DNA from: an uncultured delta proteobacterium
Lineage (GTDB): Bacteria; Desulfobacterota; Binatia; Bin18
Length of the DNA: 64,000 nucleotides
Assembly (NCBI GenBank): GCA_963733195.1
Contig: CAVTCR010000059.1
Span: 32,001 to 96,000, forward strand
Direction of reading: 5' to 3'
Shown here: one piece after another, positions 49,966-63,267 of the stretch
How the letters are laid out: the number at the start of each line of letters is the position of its first letter
Position numbering within the stretch: position 1 is the stretch's first letter
Program-made: the position numbers and the translations under genes
Notes under the pieces: generated by a model
The model's database searches: none
Seen by the model: the letters and a program-made list of their open reading frames with translations, nothing else
Told to the model about the DNA's origin: nothing

Positions 49966-52900
49966 CTAGACGCCAGACTCTAGACTTGACAAAAGCGCTT
50001 TCGCCTCTTGCAAATCCTTGGTGTCAAACCCCTCAGTAAACCAGTTGTAGACCTCGGACAACAACTTGTGAGCTTCGTGTTGTTTGCCTTGTTGTTGCCA
50101 GAGACGAGCTAGACTCGTTGCCGCGCGCAGTTCCCAAGACTTGGCGTGTTGCGTACACGCTATTTCAATAGCCTTCCGAAAACATTCTTCCGCTTCTGAC
50201 TCCGGACTTCTGACCTCAGCCTGCGAAGTATCTTCGACTTTGAACTTTGAACCTTGAACGTTGAATTGTTGAAGCGCAAGCATTCCTTTCAGCCGATACA
50301 ACTCTGCTTCGTAGAAACGCTCGCCAGTTTTTTCTACGAGAGCCAATGCCTCGCCTAGCACGTTAATCCCATCTTTTATCTGCCCAGCTTTTCCATATAC
50401 CTCGACTAATAAGGCAAGAAAATGAGTACAACCAACCTCCGCCCCAGTGGCGCGCCAAGCCGCCATCCCCTGACGTATCTGTGCAATCCCTTCTTCCCTC
50501 TGACCTTGTTCGGACACCGCCCACCCTCTGAAAGCTATCCCCCATGGCAAGAGGCTCGTGAACCCTCGCTCAGTGGTAAAAGCAATTCCTTCCTCTGCCA
50601 TTTCCTGGACTATCTTCCATTCCTGGCGGAACTGATACAGCACAGGGACAAAGATTTGAGCAGTGCCAAAACTGAAGGGATGGGCCAGTTTTCGAGCTAG
50701 AGAGATAGCCTCCTGGCTCCTCTTCAAAGACTGGTCTGGATAGCCAAGGAGCCACAAGGTCCAGGCAATATATGACAATCCAGACACGGCGGGGTCAATC
50801 ACATAGAACAAAGCCACTGAATGATCTTGGTGCGATTCGTAAAGGGAGATGATCTGCTCCAAATGTGATCGGGCTGAAGTTAGCTCTCCTAAGAAATATA
50901 CAGTATTGCTCAGCGCTCGGTGAGCCTCTACAAGTAGAGAAGGATCGTTCGTACGCTGGGCCAGGGTTACACACTGCTCTCCCAGTTCACGGGCTATATG
51001 TAACTCCGCTCGTGCTGAGTAAAATCTATTAAGCTCCACAAGCACAGGAAAAATCTGGGGTGTTTCGCCGAGCTGCTGACACAGTTCTCGCGCTCGGGCG
51101 TAGGCCTTTTCCACACCTGGAACACCATAACCTTTCGCCATTGATGCAGAACCGTAGGCGATCTGTAGGGTGAGTTCTTGCTGAGCACGATCAAGGGTAT
51201 CTGGTAGAGTCTTAAGCAATTCCAGCGCCTTATCCAAATGACTAATTGCTTCTGCATTGGCCGAGCGTTGGCCGGCTTGCTGCCCCGCCTGTTGCCAATA
51301 CGGAATCGCCTGCTCAATCAGACTGGCCTCAGTGTAGTGATGCGCCAGGAGTTCCGGTTGCGTTTCCTTAGTTTGAGAGAACCGCCCTTCTAAAGTGTGA
51401 GCAATCTGCTGATGATACTGCTGCCGGGTGCTCTTAAGTAACGACTGATACGCCGTGTCTTGGATAAGGGCATGCTTGAAGAAATAGCGTGCCTGCTTGC
51501 CGATACCGCGTTGATACAAAATCTCTGCTTCGACTAACTTCTCTAAGGCGGCATGCAAGTCAGCTTCGCTCATCGGAGCCACTGCTTGGATGAGTTCATG
51601 GGAAAACTCCCGCCCTAATGTCGCCTCCAGTTGTGCGACTTGCCGGGCGGTAGAAAGACGATCGAGCCGCGCCAAGAGTGCTTCTTGGAGGGTCGCAGGA
51701 ATGGCCAACGTTCCTACCGTTTTTCCGCCCGGCCCCCCGTCTCCCTGTAACCTGTCCCCGAGCTTCCACTACACTCTTGGTTATCTCCTCGACAAACAAC
51801 GGAACCCCATCGGTTTTCACCCGAATTTGTTCGATCACTTCAGGCGATAACGCACTCCCTGCCGCCGCTCGGGCAATCATCGCTTCGACCTGATGTTTGC
51901 CAAGGCGATTGAGCACGAGTTGGGAGATATGCGAGCGAGGCTTCCACGACGGGATAAACTCCGGACGAAAGGTCAACACCAGCATTAATTTGGTCGTCGG
52001 AATCTGCTCGATAAGTAACGAGAGGAACTCTAGGGACGACGGGTCTACCCAGTGCAAATCTTCCCACACCGACACCGTCGCTTGTCGTTCCGCTTGCGCC
52101 ACCATCAATTGGAGTACCGCTTGTAGCGTCCGTTCCTTCTGTTTCTGGGGCGTTAGCGTCAGGGCGGATATTGTGGTGGCGTTGGCAACGACAGCAGCGC
52201 CGTGAACAGCGGCAAACTTTCTTGCATATCGTAGAGGGTGAGCGTTCGCTCCAGCTTCGTCAACCTTCTCCTCATCCGTGTCTTGGCGCGTCAACAATAG
52301 CGTGCGCTGCAGCACCTCAATCAGCGGATAGAACGCACTATGCTGATGATAGGGTGAGCAGCGGGCTTCAAACAGTAACGACCCTTCTTCTGTGACATGT
52401 TCTCTCAGCGTGTAGGCCAAGCGCGATTTGCCAATGCCCGGCTCGCCGCTGAGCAACACCACTTGCCCGCGCCCTTCCTTCACTTGTTCCCAGCGGTCGA
52501 TCAGTAAGCCGACTTCTTGTTCGCGGCCTACGAGTGGCGTTAACGTGCTGCTGCCCGGCCAGTGGTGAAGCGTTCTGCCGTTCACTCTGCACGTGGTAGA
52601 TGGCAATCGGCGTGTCGATGCCTTTGACGAGGTGCGAGCCAAAGGGTTGGCTCGCAAACTGTCCGTCAACCAGGCGCTGTGTGGCGGCGCTGATAATAAC
52701 CGTGTTGGGTTCGGCTAGCCCCTGAATTCGCGCCGCAACGTTCGGCGTCTCGCCCAGCGCGAGCAACTCGCGTTTCTCTTCGCTACCGATTTCACCAATG
52801 ACGACTAAACCGGTGTGAATGCCGATACGGACTTGTAGGGGCGACCAGCCGGTCGTCCCTACGGCCCTCTCACTCTGTCCTCCTGTGACTACGCGCAGGA

Positions 52901-53567
52901 CAGGCTCTCCCACGAGGGAGAGGGAACCCTCTTTTGTATGGTGGTAATTATTTCCAACCCCGCCCGCACGGCCCGCCGGGCATCATCCTCATGGGCGGTG
53001 GGATAGCCGAAGTACACTAACAACCCATCACCCAGATATTGTGCCAGGTAGCCTTCATGCCGCTGAATGATCTCGGCGCAGGTTTGCTGATACCGTTGCA
53101 CGACCACCCGGTAGTCTTCGGGGTCAAGCTGTGCGGACAACGCCGTCGAGCCGACCAGGTCACAGAACAGCACCGTCAATTGCCGTCGTTCCGCGGCGTC
53201 CAGTCTAGAGTCTTTCCGTCGAGGGTCTAGGATCGGAACAGTGGAAACTGGCTCTTGTTTCTTTGATGCTGGATTCTGGGCCGTGGACTCTAGATTCTGG
53301 ACTGCCTTCGCCGTTTCCTCTTGGGTGCTCGCGTTTCCGCCTTTATCCCTTATCCGTTTTCCCCTTATCCTCTTCGGTAGTGCCGACCCACACCAACACC
53401 TTGCCGTTTTCGTCTCGTGCAACTTGTTGTGCTTCGATCAGTTCATCTTTGAGCCCAGCGATATACTCCTCGTCCAATTGAAAGCGGAGTTTGAGTGCGC
53501 GGTAAGATACCCGCCCTTGGTGCTGTAAGAGCTCGACCACTTGTGTCAGGATTTCATCAAACTGCAT
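49966..53567 (-). CDS. wHTH-like N-domain - class III cyclase - STAND ATPase - TPR protein, copy 2 (few indels)
   Basis: [12 protein letters not shown]; [15 protein letters not shown]; QYLGDG; ETPNVAAR; GEPGIGKS; WEDLHW; GVPLFVEE; TPR-like C-terminus. Confidence 0.9.
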
Positions 53568-53577
53568 GGCCCTGCTC

Positions 53578-53940
53578 CTACGGTTCTCCGATTACTTTCT
53601 TCGCCAGTCGATAGAATTCCGGGTCTTTGTTTGAGTCAGCGAGGGTTTTTACCGCAGACAGAAAGCTCTCTACCACGTGCTTATCTTCTCTGGTCACTCG
53701 CGCGACCTCTTCCATAATGGTCGGCACATCAAGTCCGGTTTTCTTCGCGAGGGTACTAAGCGAAGCTCTACCGGCTTGGTACTCTTCGACCGCATACGCG
53801 AGCAGCTCTTTCTTGGCTTGACGAGTGGCAAGGTGCGTCAGGTATCCAGTCTGACTGGTTTGCCGTAAGGCACACAGGCGTCGCAAAATCTCGTACTCTT
53901 CGTCTGTCAGCCGCACGGTTACTGTAGTTGTTTTTCTCAT
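53578..53940 (-). CDS. Putative antitoxin (RHH-like plus UPF0175-like HTH)
   Basis: TTTVTVRLTDEEYEIL...YQAGRASLSTLAKKTGL; overlaps the PIN gene stop. Confidence 0.7.
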   Translation of the reverse strand: MRKTTTVTVRLTDEEYEILRRLCALRQTSQTGYLTHLATRQAKKELLAYAVEEYQAGRASLSTLAKKTGLDVPTIMEEVARVTREDKHVVESFLSAVKTLADSNKDPEFYRLAKKVIGEP

Positions 53941-54431
53941 GTGTTCTTTTCCTTTCTCCGTAGTTCCGCCACCAAGGAAAGAGCAACGTGCAGCCATTCT
54001 GGTCTGAGTGTCCCACGTCGTGTGAGCCGTGCAAAATCTTCCAGTATCCGTTCGAGCGGAATCCGTTCCTGATTATAGAGCTGTACCAGATATGCTGGAG
54101 TATTGACCACATTCACCCCGGCGGCACGTGCCGCTTCATAAGGTCGCCAGTCATCAATCAGGAGTACGAGCTGTCGTTCCAGGGCAAGGTTGATCGCCGC
54201 ACGTTCTCCGTCTCCATAAAGCGCGACCTTTGTCATTCTTGGTGTTGCCAGCTGGATGGTTTTGGCGCTCACGTATCCCTTCAGTTGGAGACTGGTTGGA
54301 TTCTCTCGACCTAACTCCTTTGCCACAGCGCGCGGACACAGCAACGAGTAATCTGCGAAGAGGAAGTCGACAAGATCCAAGTACACTGCATGAACCCAGA
54401 ACGAACTATCAAAGACAGCTTCCCTGCGCAT
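53937..54431 (-). CDS. PIN-domain protein (DUF3368-like)
   Basis: AVFDSS, LYGDGERAAINLA, LLIDD...ARAAG. Confidence 0.8.
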   Translation of the reverse strand: MRREAVFDSSFWVHAVYLDLVDFLFADYSLLCPRAVAKELGRENPTSLQLKGYVSAKTIQLATPRMTKVALYGDGERAAINLALERQLVLLIDDWRPYEAARAAGVNVVNTPAYLVQLYNQERIPLERILEDFARLTRRGTLRPEWLHVALSLVAELRRKEKNT

Positions 54432-54483
54432 GGGAAGATGCTAGGCTGCTTTCAAAAAGAAAGCAACAGAGAAGATCAGAAGC

Positions 54484-54591
54484 TTATTGGCTGAGTTTGT
54501 CCAACAAGGCCTTCGCCTCTTGTAAGTCCTTGGCATCGAACCCTTCGGTAAACCAGTTGTAGATATCCGACAATAGATTGTGAGCCTCGGC
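54484..54591 (-). pseudogene. Second orphan 3' end of a cyclase-STAND-TPR gene
   Basis: Encodes [35 protein letters not shown]. Confidence 0.88.
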
Positions 54592-54630
54592 GGGCCGGAT
54601 TAGAAAACTTCATGGCCTATACTCGGATGC

Positions 54631-54662
54631 AAAAAAACGGGCAGCCATCCTGGGCTACCCGT
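54631..54662 (-). terminator. Rho-independent terminator
   Basis: Minus strand ACGGGTAGCC-CAGGAT-GGCTGCCCG followed by T7. Confidence 0.75.
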
Positions 54663-54695
54663 GCACTCTCGTCAATTGCGATCTTCAAACACTTC

Positions 54696-54835
54696 TCACC
54701 CACCGGCAATCCCAACCATAAAAGCGATCACCTCTCCATCATCGAGGGGGTTATCGATACCGATGCACCGACCCTTTGAGTCGAGAAAGAGGGTGCCTTT
54801 GTTGTTGAGGTCTTTGGTCTCTGGATCAATCAGGA
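54696..54835 (-). pseudogene. C-terminal half of a MoaD/ThiS ubiquitin-like protein
   Basis: LIDPETKDLNNKGTLFLD...DNPLDDGEVIAFMVGIAGG*; no plausible start of its own. Confidence 0.6.
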
Positions 54836-55422
54836 GCGCTTGCCTTCTTGGCCATCTCCAGATACCGCTCTTTGTCCGCTGCCGAAGCTGGTTTGTGTCG
54901 CAGGTCTCCTTCAGTGCCCAACTCACGTGTCCAACTAGCAAACTCCAGCAAAATGCCATCAGGATCAAAGAAATAGATCGAACGTACGAATGTGTTATCG
55001 TTGACGATGCGACTCACTTGTTGAGGGGTGTCGTCGTGGTTGATCACTTCTGTCACCTCAACGCCTTTGGTGCGAAGCTTGTCACGATATTCTTCAATCC
55101 GTTCGGCTGGTACGTCAAACGCAATGTGATTCATCGAACCGTGTGCGGTCACAATCGAGCCCTGGCCAACGTTTTTCTCGGGCGAGGCGATGCCCGGTGC
55201 CGCTTCAGGTGCATTGGGAAACCAGAAAAAGGCCAGGCCGTCACCGTTGCCGATATCAAAGAAGAAATGTTGGCCCATGCCGTTGGGCAGCTCGATAGTC
55301 TTGGTCATCGGCATGCCCAGAGTGTTGGTATAAAAATCGACCGTCCGCGCCATGTCCTTGCAGACCAAAGCAAGATGATTGACCCCTCGTAGTTCAAACT
55401 CTTTATTCTTGCGTTGCGTCAT
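54826..55422 (-). CDS. VOC/glyoxalase family protein
   Basis: GVNHLALVC, GSMNHIAF, RSIYFFDPDGILLEF. Confidence 0.9.
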   Translation of the reverse strand: MTQRKNKEFELRGVNHLALVCKDMARTVDFYTNTLGMPMTKTIELPNGMGQHFFFDIGNGDGLAFFWFPNAPEAAPGIASPEKNVGQGSIVTAHGSMNHIAFDVPAERIEEYRDKLRTKGVEVTEVINHDDTPQQVSRIVNDNTFVRSIYFFDPDGILLEFASWTRELGTEGDLRHKPASAADKERYLEMAKKASAPD

Positions 55423-55542
55423 AGGTTCGTCCCTCCTTTGATGTAATGGATGTAATGACAGCATCTCACTTCTACTCCTCTTTTAGGGAGGAGCAAGTAG
55501 CAAGTAGGCCGGGATAAGGCGCAAGCTGTTCCCGGCAGTCAA

Positions 55543-57966
<2,424 letters not shown>

Positions 57967-58039
57967 TTACAGAGAGAGCCGTCCTCCAAGCCGTCAGAAA
58001 AGCTGCCGCTCTGCTCAACCTTTTCTCTCACGTCTCAGT

Positions 58040-58638
58040 TTCGTCTGTGAGCACCACTGGCTCATATCCATTTCAACGTCAGCAAATGGTTCAGCTCGCA
58101 CTAGCTCTGCATCGACCGAAAGGCATTCCACGTTGACCCACCGCCCACCGTCGACGCCGCTCATACGCTTCTAAGGTGCGGGCAATAGGATCAACCAACC
58201 ATAGAAGACCAACGCCTTCACGAGCGTAGATAGGCTTCTTCCGTACTCGATCAATACGAGCGGTCTGTGAAGAAAGGAGCTTCACATACCCAATCCTGGA
58301 GACTGTAACGTTCTTCAGCCATATCCAGGAACGTCGGAAGAATCGGCCTCCGTGCTTCGTCGTCACCCGCAAGGGCTGCCACTTCCTCTCCACTTCCTCT
58401 CGGATCGGCATCACTAAGAGAGGACCGGCCACCCAGTTGTGGAGGTCGGCTACCAGAGACGAGGTTCGTATCAAACGGGCCGATATAATGGCAATGGCCT
58501 CATCATATATTGCATTCGCGCTCTCTACCTTCAGGGGACGCGGAGGTAAGTAAAGAACATCGCCATCCACGAATCTCGGCACAAGTTATCAGCGGACTTG
58601 ACGGAACCTAAAGGTACGATACGGACTGCTGCGTTCAT
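58040..58638 (-). CDS. Uma2/DUF820 PD-(D/E)xK endonuclease, heavily frameshifted or degraded
   Basis: VDGDVLY..PRP, DRVRKKPIYAREGV..LWLVDPIARTLE, VRAEPF; GGAGG RBS and ATG at 58638. Confidence 0.75.
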
Positions 58639-58727
58639 GACACCTCCAATTCTCCTTTTCAATCCTCAATTGCTCACTGACTCAAAAAGTCCGACCCATT
58701 TGGACACCAGACTCTAGACTCGTAGTT

Positions 58728-61700
58728 CTAGATTGTCGAGCAGCTCTTTTGCCTCTTGCAAATCCTTCGTATCAAACCCCTCGGTGAACCAGTTGTATAC
58801 GTCCGACAACAGCTTGTGAGCTTCGGCTGTCTTGCCTTGGCTCTGCCAAAGGCGAGCGAGACTGGTTGCCGCACGCAGTTCCCAAGACTTAGCTTGCTGC
58901 TTCTGGGCGATTTCGATGGCTTTGAGAAAACACTCTTCGGCTTCTGACTTCCGCCTTCGACTCTGGACTGCGCTACCTGACTTTGGACTCTGAACCTTGA
59001 ACCTTGAACCGTTGGAGCGTCAGTTCGCCTTTCAGCCGATACAGCTCCGCCTCCCACCAACGCTCTCCGTTTTTGTTCACTATAGCTAGCGCCTCAGCCA
59101 GTACAGATAAGCCCTTCTTCTATCTGCCCTACTTTCCCATATGCTTCGGCCAATAGGGCAAGACTATGTGGCCTTTGAAGCTCTACCCCCATAGTTTGCC
59201 AAGCAGTTATTCCCTGACGTATCTGTACATTCCCTTCTCTCCCTGACCTTGCTCGGCCAGTGCCCAACCCCGTATGATAGTTCCCATCGCTAAGACGGAC
59301 GGAAATCCCTGTTCGGTCGCTGAGTGAATGCTTGCTTCTGCACGTTCTAGGGCCAATTGTGCCTCTCGGCGGTGATCATGGAGCTCAGAGGAAACAAGCA
59401 AAGCCCAGGCTTGGCTGTAGGAATCAGGAAACTCTTGGGCTAGGGTGAGTGCTTCGGACATTCTCTTCAGGGCTTGGTCTGGATAGCCAAGAAACCATAA
59501 AGCCCAGGCCATAAAGGAGAGACAATGCATCTTAGGTTCCTGCAGAGTGAGGAAGGAATGAGAGCTAAGTTGCTGGGAATCATAGAGGGCAATGCTCTGC
59601 TCCAGGTGCGCTCGGGCAGAAGCAAACTTCCCAAGCCAGAACAAAGACATCCCTAACGTACGATAGGCGTCGAGGAGAAAAACGGGATCTCCTACACTCT
59701 GCGCCAGACGCAGCCGCTGCTCCGCTAGCTCATGCGCTGTCTGTAATTCTCCCCGCATTCCATAAAATGACATCAATCCCCCCAGCACTGGGAAGAGCTG
59801 AGGAGTCTCTCCCAGCTGCTGGCACAGCTCCAGCGCCCGTTGTAAACTTTTTCTACTTCCGGGAAATAACCCTTGATCGCGATCAGGGGAGTACCCAAGG
59901 TGATCTGCATCTGTAGTGTAAGTTCTTGCTGGGCACGTTCAGGAGTATCCGGTAGAGTTTTAAGCACTTCCAGCCCTTTGGTGAGATGGCTGATCGCTTC
60001 CACATAGGCCGAGCGTTGAACGGCTCTCTGCCCCGCCTGCTGCCAATACGGAATCGCCTGCTCAATCAGATCCTGCCTCGGTGTAGTGATGCGCCAGAAG
60101 TTCTGGCTGCGTTTCCTTCGTGTCTGGGAAATCGGTCTTCCAGCACCTGGGCGATCTGCTGGTGATACTGTTGTCGGGTGCTCTTGAGCAGTGATTGATA
60201 CGCCGTGTCTTGAATCAGCGCGTGCTTGAAGAAATACCGTGCCTGTTCGCCAATACCGCGCTGATACAGAATCTCGGCTTCGACCAATTTCTCCAAGGCG
60301 GCATGTAAGTCGGTCTCACTCAGAGGTGTCACGGCTTGTAAGAGGTCATACGAGAACTCCCGTCCTAATGTCGCGCCTAGTTGCGCGACTTGTCGTGCGG
60401 AAGACAAGACGGTCCAACCGCGCCAGTAAGGCTTCCTGCAACGTTGCAGGGATTGCTAGTTGGAGAGGAGGGTGAGGTGACTCCCAGACCCCTGGACTCC
60501 CTAGACGCAACAGACTCCATGACATTTTTAGTCAACTCCTCGACAAACAACGGCACTCCGTCCGTTTTGATACGAATCTGCTCGATGACCTCAGTCGGCA
60601 ACGTTTTTCCTTCCGTTACTTTCTCAATCATCGCCTCGACTTGCTTCTTCCCCAGCCGATTGAGCACCAGGTGTGAGATGTGTGAACGGGGCTTCCACGA
60701 CGGCGTGAACTCAGGGCGAAAGGTCAGCACTAGCAGGAGTTTGGTGGTCGGAATCTGGTCGATCAGCAGCGCAAGGAACTCTAACGATGAGGGGTCTGCC
60801 CAGTGCAGATCTTCCCACACTGATACTGTCGCTTGCCGTTCGGCTTGGGCAACCAACAATTGCACCAGCGCTTGCAGCGTACGTTCTTTCTGCTTCTGCG
60901 GTGTTAGGTTCAGTGGCGCATATTGTGCCGGTGTCGGTAATGACAGCAGCGCAGTGAATAGCGGTAATGACTCCTGCATGCCATACAAAGCCAAAGCCCG
61001 GTTCGAGCTTGGCAACGCTTTCTTCTTCTCGGCTCTTGTCGAGTCAAGAGCAACGTTCGCTGCAAAACGTCAATCAGCGGATATAACGCACTGTGTTGAT
61101 GATAGGACGAACAGCGGGCTTCAAAGAGTAATGAACCTTCAGCCGTGACATGCTCTCGTCAGCGTGTACGCCAGCCGTGATTTGCCAATCCCTGGCTCGC
61201 CTGACAGCAAGACGACTTGCCCCCGTCCTTCTTTGGCTTGCTCCCAGCGGTCGATCAGTAACCCAACTTCTTGTTCTCGTCCGATTAACGGTGTCAGGGT
61301 CGTCTTGCTTTCCAACTGGCTGCCACTCTGTCGTTCACTTTGCACGTGATAGACCGCGATAGGCGTATCGATGCCTTTGAGCAGATGTGAACCGAACGGC
61401 TGACACTCGAAGTGTCTTTCGACGAGCCGTCGCGTGGCTGCGCTAATGATCACCGTGTTGGGCTCGGCTAAGCCTTGCAGCCGTGCTGCAATGTTCGGCG
61501 TCTCGCCTAAGGCCAGTTGTTCCGTGCGGCCACTTGTGCCGATGTCACCAATCACCACCAGGCCGGTATGGATACCAATGCGGACTTGGAGAGGTCTGTG
61601 TGGGACAGCGGCCCCTCACCCTGTCCCTCTCCCACAAGGGGAGAGGGAACCTGTTTTGCGATTGCGGCGGTTATTTCCAATCCTGTCCGCACTGCTCTTC

Positions 61701-62237
61701 GCGCATCATCTTCATGCGCAGTGGGGTAGCCAAAGTAGACCAGCAACCCATCACCCAGATACTGCGCCAGATAGCCCTCATGCCGCTGGATAACCTCAGC
61801 GCAAGTTTGCTGGTACTGTTGCACGACGGCCCGGTAGTCCTCGGGGTCAAGTTGTGCTGACAGTGCTGTCGAGCCCACCAGATCACAGAACATCACGGTC
61901 AGCTGCCGCCGCTCAGCGGCTGGGTGTTGGGGGTTAGGGGTTAGGGGCTGGTTTTCCTGACTTTGGACCTTGGACTTTGGATCTTGGACTTGTTTTGACT
62001 CTGGACTGTCCTCGCCGTTTCTCCATTTATCCGTTTCGCCTTGATCCCTTTCCCTGTCCAAACAAGCACCTCACCATTTTCGTCAGCAGCTATCCGTTCG
62101 GCTTTGATGAGTTCGCCCTTGATGTCCTCCACATACGCATCATCTAGGTCGAAGCGGCGTTTGAGTGCCCCATAAGACAGCCGTCCACGTTGGCGTAAGA
62201 GTTCCCGAATCTGATCTAACATCTCATCGAACGACAT
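58728..62237 (-). CDS. wHTH-like N-domain - class III cyclase - STAND ATPase - TPR protein, copy 3 (several indels)
   Basis: [12 protein letters not shown]; [15 protein letters not shown]; QYLGDG; ETPNIAAR; GEPGIGKS; WEDLHWAD; [11 protein letters not shown]; conserved [11 protein letters not shown] end. Confidence 0.9.
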
Positions 62238-62271
62238 ACGAGGCTGTCTCCAGCTTGAAACAATAGGATGA

Positions 62272-63091
62272 TTATTGGCCTGACGAGACTACACACACTT
62301 TTTCGGCGAAGTCCTCAAAGAAATATCCTGAGCCGCCTTCACTCACGACTTGGAGCAATTTCTCACCATCCTTTACTCGAATACCGCCGAGAACGTGAAC
62401 GCCACGCGCGAAGAACGTTGGCGGCCACGGACTCGCTGTCGGTCCAGCCATCACCACACGGCGAGCCTGCCGTGCCGCGTCGAGCAATTCATCAAGCCCA
62501 CCTTCCACTAGACGTCGAGCCAGTCATAATGACGACGCTTGCTCGCGATAGCGTCTCTTTTGCATGTTCAGGAGCGCGCCAGAACAACCGTTCGTCGGCT
62601 TTGAGGGCTTGGGGGTGTTTATCGATTACCCACAAATCGACCACTTTCCCTTTGAGCTTCTTTATGAACGGTACAAAACCACCAACCATCGCAACGTGGT
62701 CGTCAGGTCGTACTTCCGCAGCATCAAGCGCATCAACACCAACCAGCAGTTTTCCACCACACACACCGTGACGTTCCGTCGCTAAGGCGGATAGTGCATT
62801 GAGTACGGCCACGCCAACCGAACGTCGCAACGGCACTGGCGAACATGCGTACTCCGCGAGCTTCCAGGCCTCTTGCCCGGCGACACGTCCGGAAGGAGGC
62901 GCAGAAGCAGCAGATTTGGGGCAGCACACCGTGTCATTCAGATCACGAGGAGTGAAGGCAACGCCGACATGACCACTGGACAATCGCGCTGCAGTATAGA
63001 AAACGCCGATGCGGACGTCTGAGACAGTAAACGGTTCATTGCTCAGTTGGGTCTGGAGGTCGTGTAACCACATCTCGCTGATGTCTTGCAT
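62272..63091 (-). CDS. DUF364/DUF4213 Rossmann-like protein (frameshift near 62512)
   Basis: DVRIGVFYT, SVGVAVLNAL, VAMVGGF, VIMTGS, GPTAS..P, VLGG. Confidence 0.82.
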
Positions 63092-63267
63092 AAATACCTC
63101 ACCATGACTTTCTCATAACCGACTGCGCCTGGACAAGTCCGCTTGCTTAACTGCCCAGATTTCTTGGATACTCGTATATAGCAGGAGGAAACTCGCAGCC
63201 ACGATTGAAGGAATTTTGATAATGGGAGAGTGTGGCGGTGTACTTGTACTCCCAGCAGGAGGATAGG

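Noticed and set aside
60381-61148. 255-aa plus-strand ORF and similar long antisense ORFs (e.g. 54661-55392, 18996-19535)
   Set aside because: Shadow frames opposite well-supported genes, with no recognizable motifs.
61925-61948. GGGGTTAGGGGTTAGGGG as telomere-like or eukaryotic contamination
   Set aside because: It is one of the heptamer linker repeats inside the cyclase gene (encodes PLTPNPQ). A G-quadruplex is possible but unsupported.
63092-63267. Cobalamin or SAM riboswitch upstream of the MetE-like gene
   Set aside because: No recognizable B12-box or S-box core by eye; an Rfam scan would be decisive.
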